Part shown: piece after piece, positions 57,556-64,000 of the stretch
Numbering within the stretch: the stretch's first letter is position 1
Layout of the letters: each line of letters starts with the position of its first letter
DNA from: an uncultured Erysipelotrichaceae bacterium
GTDB taxonomy: Bacteria > Bacillota_I > Bacilli_A > RF39 > UBA660
Reading direction: 5' to 3'
Length of the DNA stretch: 64,000 nt
NCBI GenBank assembly: GCA_902764145.1
Contig: CACWUS010000007.1
Location: 6,654-70,653 of the forward strand
Translations under genes and position numbers: made by a program
Notes under the pieces: model-generated
What the model was told of the DNA's origin: nothing
The model's database searches: none
What the model saw: the letters and a program-made list of their open reading frames with translations, nothing else

Positions 57556-60336
57556 ATGAAGAAAAAACTTTTGAAGTGTGCTTTTATGAGCATACTTTTT
57601 TTATTGTCAATTTTTACTGTGCAAACAGTTCATGCTGAAAAATATACTGGACAAGCAATATGGCCAAGTGAATATATCAGCAATATTTATATTAAAAAGG
57701 TAAAGCCAGATGGTTATACTAAATATCAACAAGCTAGATTTATTAGAAGAAGTGAAGATAATAAGTTTGTTTATTGTTTACAACCATATACAGATATTGA
57801 TAATAATTTACCTTATTATGATGTAATAAGAGAGGATTATGCAAGAGTTTTAGGATTTAGTGAAGAACAATGGGAAAGAATATCTTTACTTGCATATTAT
57901 GGATATGATTATAACCAAAATGGATATGATCACACAGCTCAAAAATGGTATGTTATTACTCAAGTAATGATATGGAGAACTACAAATCCAGAATCAGATA
58001 TATTCTTTACTGATTCATTAAATGGTAATAGAATATCTAAATTCGATTCTGAAATTGCAGAAATGGAAAGATTGGTAGCAAATCATTATAAACAACCTAG
58101 TTTACAAAATGGAGTAGTGTTACCAATTGGACAAACAGTTGAATTAAATGATTCAAATAATGTTTTAAATGAATACAAAATAACTGGTTCAAATAATGTA
58201 ACAGCTTCTATCAATGGAAATACTTTATCAGTTACAGCTAATAGCATAGGTGAAGGAAGTATAACATTTGAAAAGAAAGCAACTAAATATGAATTACCTC
58301 CGATTGTATATTTTAGTGATCATTCACAAAATGTTATGAGAGTAGGTAGTTATGATCCAGTTAAAGCTAAATTTACTTTAAAAGTTATAGGAGGAAGAGT
58401 TACACCTTCTAAAGTTGATGTTGAAACTAGAACTAATACTCCTCAAGGTGAAGCAAAATTAGGAGGAGCAGTTTATGGAATTTATAAAGTAGATGGAACT
58501 AGAATAGGTTCAGTAACTACTAAAGAAGATGGAACAAATACTTCAGACTATCTGCCAGAAATAGGTAGATTTTATTTATTAGAAGAAAAAGCTTCTGAAG
58601 GATATTTATTAGATAGTAATAAATATTATTTTGAAATAACAGAAGATAATTTAAATCCTACAGTTCAAGTGTTTGAACAAGTTATTAAATTAGATTTTGA
58701 ATTCACTAAAGTTTATGCTAGTGCTGATACTCAAATAATGGAGCCAGAAGTAGGTATAAAATTTGGAATCTATAATAATAAAGGTGAACTTGTTAAAGAA
58801 GTAACTACTGATTCTCAAGGAATATTTAGATTTACTTTACCTTATGGAACATATACAATTAAACAACTTACAACAACTAAAGGACATGAAAAGATAGGTG
58901 ATTTTAATGTTGAGGTTAAGAATGTAGGTGAAGTAGTTCAAAAGGTTATTTCAAATGCACCAATTACAGCTAAATTAAGAGTTGTAAAAATTGATGCTGA
59001 AACAAAAGAAGTTATTAAAAGAAGTAATATCAAATTTAAAATATTTGATGTAAAAAATAATGAATATGTATGTCAAACAATTACATATCCTAACAAAGCA
59101 ACAATATGTGAATGGGAAACAGATTCTGAAGGTGAGTTTACTACAGCTTATCCATTAATGACAGGAACTTATAGACTTGAAGAAGTAGATCAAGTAATTG
59201 ATGGTTATTTATGGAATAGTCAATCTCATGAATTCACTATTGATGATGAATCAAATCTAAGAACTGATTCTGATTATGGAATTATTTTTGATACTGATTT
59301 TGAAAATCAAAGAGTTAAAGGTGAAATTCAAATTGAAAAAACTGGAGAAGTAGCAGAATTAACAGAGAATGGTTTTGAATTTAAAACTGCTAAACTTGAA
59401 GGAGTTAAGTTTGGATTATATGCTTTAGATGATATTGTATGGAATGGTAAAACAATTTATACAAAAGATACATTAATAATTGAAAAAACAACTGATAGTG
59501 AAGGTAAAATAGTATTTGGTAATTTATATTTAGGAAAGTATTATGTTAAAGAAATTGAAACATTAGATAACTATGTTTTAGATGAAAAACAATATGAAAC
59601 TGAATTAGTATATAAAGATCAATATACACCAACTATTTTTTATTCAGAATCAATATTAAATGTATTAAAGACAGGTAAATTAGAATTTACAAAAACAGAT
59701 ATATCTGAATCTAAAACTTTACCAAATACATTGATAGAAATTTATACAGAAAATGATGAATTAGTATTCTCTGGTAGAACAGATTCTGAAGGTAAAATAA
59801 CTATTGATAGATTACCTAAAGGAAAATATTACATTCTAGAAAAAGAAGCACCAGAAGGATATAAACTAAATGAAGAAAAAATGCCATTTGAAATAAAAGA
59901 AAATGGTGAAGTAATTAAATCTACAATGAAAGATGAAGATATAACTGGAACATTAGAATTTACTAAATTAGATTTTTCAAATGATAATCCATTACCAAAC
60001 ACTTTAATTGAAATATATAATGCTGAAACAGATGAATTAGTATTCTCTGGTAGAACTAATGAAGAAGGAATAATTACTATAGAAAAAATTAAATATGGTA
60101 AATATTACATTCTAGAAAAAGAAGCACCAGAAGGATATGAATTAAATCCAGATAGAATGTATTTTGAAATTAAAGAAGATGGTGAAATTGTTAAATCAGT
60201 TATGAAAGATCATCAAATAGTTAGAGTTCCAAATACTGAAGCTAATGATTATAAAGATTTATTAATTAGTGGAATATCATTGATGATTATAGGAACAGGT
60301 GTGATTATTTATGGAAAGAAGAAAAAGAAAAAATAA
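57556..60336 (+). CDS. Large surface adhesin: putative thioester domain + multiple CnaB/SpaA-type (prealbumin-like) repeats + C-terminal sorting-like signal
   Basis: 926 aa. Signal peptide ...TVHA/E. Cys context KFVYCLQPY, Gln context VITQVMIWRT. Repeats G.Y.L.E..AP.GY.L. C-terminus VPNTE + hydrophobic helix + KKKKKK. Confidence 0.75.
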   Translation: MKKKLLKCAFMSILFLLSIFTVQTVHAEKYTGQAIWPSEYISNIYIKKVKPDGYTKYQQARFIRRSEDNKFVYCLQPYTDIDNNLPYYDVIREDYARVLGFSEEQWERISLLAYYGYDYNQNGYDHTAQKWYVITQVMIWRTTNPESDIFFTDSLNGNRISKFDSEIAEMERLVANHYKQPSLQNGVVLPIGQTVELNDSNNVLNEYKITGSNNVTASINGNTLSVTANSIGEGSITFEKKATKYELPPIVYFSDHSQNVMRVGSYDPVKAKFTLKVIGGRVTPSKVDVETRTNTPQGEAKLGGAVYGIYKVDGTRIGSVTTKEDGTNTSDYLPEIGRFYLLEEKASEGYLLDSNKYYFEITEDNLNPTVQVFEQVIKLDFEFTKVYASADTQIMEPEVGIKFGIYNNKGELVKEVTTDSQGIFRFTLPYGTYTIKQLTTTKGHEKIGDFNVEVKNVGEVVQKVISNAPITAKLRVVKIDAETKEVIKRSNIKFKIFDVKNNEYVCQTITYPNKATICEWETDSEGEFTTAYPLMTGTYRLEEVDQVIDGYLWNSQSHEFTIDDESNLRTDSDYGIIFDTDFENQRVKGEIQIEKTGEVAELTENGFEFKTAKLEGVKFGLYALDDIVWNGKTIYTKDTLIIEKTTDSEGKIVFGNLYLGKYYVKEIETLDNYVLDEKQYETELVYKDQYTPTIFYSESILNVLKTGKLEFTKTDISESKTLPNTLIEIYTENDELVFSGRTDSEGKITIDRLPKGKYYILEKEAPEGYKLNEEKMPFEIKENGEVIKSTMKDEDITGTLEFTKLDFSNDNPLPNTLIEIYNAETDELVFSGRTNEEGIITIEKIKYGKYYILEKEAPEGYELNPDRMYFEIKEDGEIVKSVMKDHQIVRVPNTEANDYKDLLISGISLMIIGTGVIIYGKKKKKK

Positions 60337-60919
60337 GAGCTGGTTATATATAATCGGCTCTTTAATTTTCCTATGTGGTGCAGGTTTAATTTTTTATGAT
60401 TATTATTCAGAACAAAAAATAAATATTCAAGAGCAAGAAGCAATAGAAGAATTTTATGAAGATGAAAGAATTACTGATTCAATAGAAGAACCTCAGAAAA
60501 TAGAAGAAGTTGAAGAGCAAACTAAAGTTAATTATATTGCCATACTTAAAATTCCTAAAATTAAATTAGAGAGAGGTCTAGTTGAACCGAGTAGTTATTT
60601 AAATAATGTTAAATATAATCTTCAATGGATAGATGGTTCTTCAATGCCAGATCAAGTAAATGGGAATGTTATAATTGCAGGTCATTCAGGAAGTGCTAGA
60701 GTTTCGTATTTTAGAAAATTAGATCAGTTAGTTATTGGTGATTCTGTATCAATAGATTATAAGAATAAAACTTATAATTATAAAGTTGTAGATATTTATG
60801 ATATAGAAAAAACTGGAACAGCTGAAATAATAAAGAATAAAAATACAACTACTTTAACATTAATAACTTGCAGACATAATACAAATAAGCAAATTGTTAT
60901 TATATGTGAAATGGTGTAA
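60311..60919 (+). CDS. Sortase (transpeptidase)
   Basis: 202 aa. N-terminal TM, catalytic His VIIAGHSG, and catalytic Cys TLITCRH. The start overlaps the adhesin 3' end by 26 nt. Confidence 0.85.
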   Translation: MERRKRKNKSWLYIIGSLIFLCGAGLIFYDYYSEQKINIQEQEAIEEFYEDERITDSIEEPQKIEEVEEQTKVNYIAILKIPKIKLERGLVEPSSYLNNVKYNLQWIDGSSMPDQVNGNVIIAGHSGSARVSYFRKLDQLVIGDSVSIDYKNKTYNYKVVDIYDIEKTGTAEIIKNKNTTTLTLITCRHNTNKQIVIICEMV

Positions 60920-60925
60920 TTAAAT

Positions 60926-61759
60926 ATGAATCAAAAAGATTTTGAAATATTTGGTGCTACTGGATATACAACCATGTGTAATTATCATTTTCAAGATAAG
61001 AATCTCACATTAAAAGCAAAAGGCCTTTTAGGTTTAATGTTAAGCTTACCTAAAAATTGGGATTATTCGATAAATGGATTAGCAACTTTATCTAAAGATG
61101 GTAGAGATTCAATACGATCATGTTTAGATGAATTAAAACAGGCCGAATATCTTATTATAGACAAGTTTAAAGCCGAAAAAGGAAGGTTTAGGTATAAATA
61201 TAGGATTTATTATTTACCTTATCCTAAATGGCTTAAAATGCAAGATTTAACCACATACGGAAATTCCACACTGGAGGATTCTTCTCCAGATACGGATTTT
61301 CCAGGTATGGAAGTTCCAGATATGGAGAATCCGACACAACAAAATAATAATAAAAAAAATAAAGAAATAATAAAAGATAAAATCGATAAACATCAAGGCC
61401 TTATTAAAGGTGAAGAAGAAATAAAACATAATATTTTAACTTATGAGCTAATTTATAAGAACTATATATCTGAAAATGATTGTAGTTCTTTTTTATATGA
61501 TGACTTTTTTGAATCATTATTAAAAGAAGGATATACATATAAGAATTTAGTTGTAATGGTTAATTATGTAATTTCGAGAGTCATTGAAAGAAACTTCATT
61601 GATGAAGAAGGTAACGAAATTAAGAATAAATTTGGTTACTTTAAAAATGCAATTAATTCAAATATTAATAAATTAAATAATCCAATTGATTCTGAAGATT
61701 TATTTAATCCAGATGAATACGATTGGTTAAATGATGAGGAGGAAGATTTTGAATTATGA
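60926..61759 (+). CDS. Mobile-element helix-turn-helix / replication-initiator-like protein
   Basis: 277 aa. N-terminal winged-helix-like GYTTMCNYHFQDKNLTLKAKGLLGLMLSLPKNWDYSINGL, followed by a P/D/E-rich linker (PDTDFPGMEVPDMENPTQ) seen in Firmicute ICE Rep-like proteins. Assigned by eye. Confidence 0.55.
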   Translation: MNQKDFEIFGATGYTTMCNYHFQDKNLTLKAKGLLGLMLSLPKNWDYSINGLATLSKDGRDSIRSCLDELKQAEYLIIDKFKAEKGRFRYKYRIYYLPYPKWLKMQDLTTYGNSTLEDSSPDTDFPGMEVPDMENPTQQNNNKKNKEIIKDKIDKHQGLIKGEEEIKHNILTYELIYKNYISENDCSSFLYDDFFESLLKEGYTYKNLVVMVNYVISRVIERNFIDEEGNEIKNKFGYFKNAINSNINKLNNPIDSEDLFNPDEYDWLNDEEEDFEL

Positions 61760-61995
61760 AAAAGTTAGATAAACTAACACTTTTTGAAATAGAAGAACTT
61801 GCTGAATTTCAAGATCATATAGGAGCAGTAATAGGAGATATGAATGAATATGAAGAATATGTTCCTAAAAACAAAAAGAAAAAGTATAAAAAATGCTATG
61901 ACACTTTATATGAAATTTGGGAAGAAATAGAAAACAGTATAGATGAATTATGTAATGGCGATAAACGATATTTAAAAGACATTAAAAAGAAATAA
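61756..61995 (+). CDS. Hypothetical small protein
   Basis: 79 aa. Overlaps the preceding stop by 4 nt (ATGA). Acidic and helical. Confidence 0.5.
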   Translation: MKKLDKLTLFEIEELAEFQDHIGAVIGDMNEYEEYVPKNKKKKYKKCYDTLYEIWEEIENSIDELCNGDKRYLKDIKKK

Positions 61996-62067
61996 TTACT
62001 ATACATGAAAGGTGGTGGTTTTATAGATTAAAGAATTTTTATTCAAAATTTGAAGGGAGGTGAAATA

Positions 62068-62439
62068 ATGATGAACCAATTCTGTTGTGTAGGAAGACTT
62101 GTATCAGATCCAGAAAAACAAACATCTGAAAATGGAAAATCATATTTAAATTTTACATTAGCAGTTCCAAGAAGCTATAAAAATGCTGATGGAGAATATG
62201 AAACAGATTTCATTGATGCTGTAACATTTGGACCTGTTGCTGATAATGCTACTGAATATTGTAAAAAAGGAGATTTAGTTGGTATTAAAGGTCGCATTGA
62301 AACATCTGTTTATGAAAATGAAGCAGGTGAAAAGAAAAAATCTACACAAGTAGTTGCTGATAGAATTACTTTTTTATCAAGTGCAAGAATTAAAGAAGAT
62401 GAAAATGTAAAAGTATCAGATGGCGATTTAGATATGTAA
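62068..62439 (+). CDS. Mobile-element single-stranded DNA-binding protein
   Basis: ORF 62050 trimmed to Met7 (ATG behind GGGAGGTG). OB-fold SSB with blocks shared with 12451..12777 (AVPRSYKN.DG.Y.TDFI; EYCKKGD.VG.KGRI.TS.YE). Ends ...SDGDLDM. Confidence 0.8.
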   Translation: MMNQFCCVGRLVSDPEKQTSENGKSYLNFTLAVPRSYKNADGEYETDFIDAVTFGPVADNATEYCKKGDLVGIKGRIETSVYENEAGEKKKSTQVVADRITFLSSARIKEDENVKVSDGDLDM

Positions 62440-62453
62440 TATATGAAAAGATT

Positions 62454-62530
62454 AAAGCAAAGAAAAAGAGTTAAATCGCCGACAGCAAAATAACTCTAGG
62501 GATATTATATCATTCTTTGCTTTTTTCTTA
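62454..62530 (+). other. Nested inverted-repeat element (two-tier hairpin + T-run): terminator or other structured DNA/RNA signal
   Basis: Outer 11-bp stem AAAGCAAAGAA (62454-62464) pairs with TTCTTTGCTTT (62513-62523). Inner 7-bp stem AGAGTTA (62467-62473) pairs with TAACTCT (62491-62497). Followed by TTTTCTTA. Confidence 0.5.
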
Positions 62531-62554
62531 CTATTTTTTAAGGAGGAATGGAAA

Positions 62555-62833
62555 GTGAATAATTATTTAAATTTATTAAAAATAGAACACCTTGAAGGTG
62601 GAAGTTATAATGTAGATTCAATCATTAAAGCAATCCAAACATTTTCTACTTGGGCTTTGAGAGTAGGAATTGCAGCTGCAGGTGTATCACTTATAGTTGG
62701 ATTTATATTATATGCTGTGGTTGATGTAGATCAAAAACCAAGAGTAAAACAAAGAATAATTCAAACTATGTTTGGTATTGTTGGAATCATTTTAGCAATA
62801 TCAATCGTAAATCTAATTATAGACTTATTCTAG
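62555..62833 (+). CDS. Small two-TM conjugation-module protein (VirB2/TrbC- or Maff2-like, tentative)
   Basis: 92 aa, GTG start behind AGGAGG. Two hydrophobic helices separated by DVDQKPRVKQR, directly upstream of the VirB6-like gene. Confidence 0.5.
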   Translation: MNNYLNLLKIEHLEGGSYNVDSIIKAIQTFSTWALRVGIAAAGVSLIVGFILYAVVDVDQKPRVKQRIIQTMFGIVGIILAISIVNLIIDLF

Positions 62834-62844
62834 GAGGTGAGTAG

Positions 62845-64000
62845 ATGTTATTAAAAGCATTAGATTTATTAAGAACATTAGGTTGGGGTGTAATCCACTT
62901 CATATATGATTTAATTGATTCTCTATTTGATATTTTAAAAGGATTAAATGCTTTTGATATTATTAATTCTGTTTCTGGTGATAATAATTTTGTAACATTT
63001 CAAAAAGGTGTAATTGCAATAGCTCTGACTTTGTTAGGTTTATTTGCAATAACTAAATTTGCAAAAAAAATAATAGATCCAGATGAAGGATTAAGTTCTG
63101 AAGGTATAGTTAAGGAAATAGTTAAGTGTGGAATAATGGTTTTATTAAGCACTTTTTTATTTGTCCAAGCTTCTACATTCTCAATTAAATTAGCTGGATT
63201 CACCTCAAATATATTTTCAAGTAATAAAGTAACCATATCAGATTCAATGCTTACTATGTTTATTGATTATTCAGATGGATACAAAGATAGTGATGAATTT
63301 AAAGGTGAAAATATTGCTAAAAATGTTCAAAATGGTAATTTCAATGGAAAAGAAATGTATAACGATAAATATGTTACTTCTCATAGATGGATATTACCAG
63401 ATAAAAAAGATTATAAATATAAAATTAATTGGATATTAGCTATCATTGTTGGTGGCTTTTTCTTATATTCTTTATTCTTTAGTGGAATGATGTTAGCAAG
63501 AAGACAGATTGAATTCTTATTTTTATTTGTAATTAGTCCAGTTATATTTGCAACATCAATCGGAAATAAAGAACGAAGAAGTGCTGTTATTCAACAGTTA
63601 GTTTCTTTAATGTTACAAGGTGCAGTAATAATGCTTATTATTTCCTTAACTGCAATTGTTATGGGACAAATCAATGAAACTACATTCTTTAGTAATGGAT
63701 TTAAAGACATTGTTATTAAATGTATTTTATATATTGGCTGTGGTTCATTCTTATTAACTGGATCACAAGTAGTTAATAGATTCATAGGCGGAAATGTATC
63801 TGCTAATTCTGGTAGAGAGCAATTAATGGCTATGATGGGATTTGGTCAAAGTATGGGTGCTGTTGCTACAACTGGAGCTTTAGGAATAGGTGGAGCAGGT
63901 CTTATGGGTGCTGGTGCTGTCGCTAAAGGTGCTTCAAAAGTTGGAGGTGCTGGAAATAGTGCTGTAGGAAAAGCTGGTAAGGCAATTTCATCATTTGGCT
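62845..64000 (+). CDS. Polytopic VirB6/TrbL-like T4SS membrane protein, 3'-truncated by the window edge (absent from the ORF track)
   Basis: ATG at 62845 behind AGGAGGTG. My hand translation shows 385 codons with no stop up to nt 64000 (MLLKALDLLRTLGWGVIHFIYD...). Several TM helices and a Gly/Ala-rich tail (GALGIGGAGLMGAGAVAKGASKVGGAG). The track's minus-strand ORFs here are its antisense shadows. Confidence 0.7.
   Translation, partial: MLLKALDLLRTLGWGVIHFIYDLIDSLFDILKGLNAFDIINSVSGDNNFVTFQKGVIAIALTLLGLFAITKFAKKIIDPDEGLSSEGIVKEIVKCGIMVLLSTFLFVQASTFSIKLAGFTSNIFSSNKVTISDSMLTMFIDYSDGYKDSDEFKGENIAKNVQNGNFNGKEMYNDKYVTSHRWILPDKKDYKYKINWILAIIVGGFFLYSLFFSGMMLARRQIEFLFLFVISPVIFATSIGNKERRSAVIQQLVSLMLQGAVIMLIISLTAIVMGQINETTFFSNGFKDIVIKCILYIGCGSFLLTGSQVVNRFIGGNVSANSGREQLMAMMGFGQSMGAVATTGALGIGGAGLMGAGAVAKGASKVGGAGNSAVGKAGKAISSFG

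Larger units (their letters stand above)
55471..64000. mobile_element. Left portion of an integrative conjugative element (or integrated conjugative plasmid), continuing past the window end
   Basis: Contiguous same-strand module: XRE regulator, ParB-like protein, surface adhesin + dedicated sortase, HTH Rep-like protein, SSB, small 2-TM protein, VirB6/TrbL-like polytopic protein. Integrase, relaxase, VirB4 and VirD4 are not within the window. The left boundary is only bracketed, between 55343 and 55504. Confidence 0.7.

Noticed and set aside
62443-62493. 16-codon highly basic mini-ORF (MKRLKQRKRVKSPTAK) after the element ssb.
   Set aside because: It has no RBS and overlaps the arms of the nested hairpin. 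It is too short to support as a gene from sequence alone.

Overview
This is a very AT-rich, gene-dense 64-kb chromosomal segment from a low-GC Gram-positive bacterium (Bacillota). The gene content fits an Erysipelotrichia- or Clostridia-like organism, but I cannot place it more precisely. The standard genetic code is used (TGG Trp; TAA/TAG/TGA stops). About 58 CDS are present, and all but six lie on the + strand.

Content in order:
- The 3' part of a type VIIb secretion locus (essC plus a YukD-like gene).
- A T-box leader driving an HD-hydrolase/valS operon.
- An orphan HerA-like ATPase, then housekeeping genes (HIT, SufS-like, short SSB, pdp, der).
- The str operon (rpsL-rpsG-fusA-tuf).
- A five-gene block of unknowns that includes a tandem paralog array.
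- helD, then a large wall-anchored protein carrying a ComEC-type MBL domain.
- rpsO-pnp, a thioester-domain adhesin, and comEA-comEC.
- An accessory stretch from 42.1 to 47.3 kb. The comEC 3' end is duplicated around a nuclease+HD cassette, followed by Fic, GNAT and transglutaminase-like genes.
- A Xer-like recombinase coupled to tdk, a MacB-type ABC pair, and ppdK.
- From about 55.5 kb to the window end, the left part of a conjugative element: XRE, ParB-like, thioester/CnaB adhesin plus sortase, Rep-like, SSB and T4SS membrane proteins. This includes an open frame, 62845 to beyond 64000, that is missing from the ORF track.

I found no rRNA, tRNA, CRISPR array or IS transposase.

Limits: all family calls come from motifs read by eye, with no searches run. 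Hairpin and promoter coordinates are hand-counted and may be off by 1-2 nt. CDS starts moved inward from the ORF track were computed from the amino-acid index of the chosen Met.
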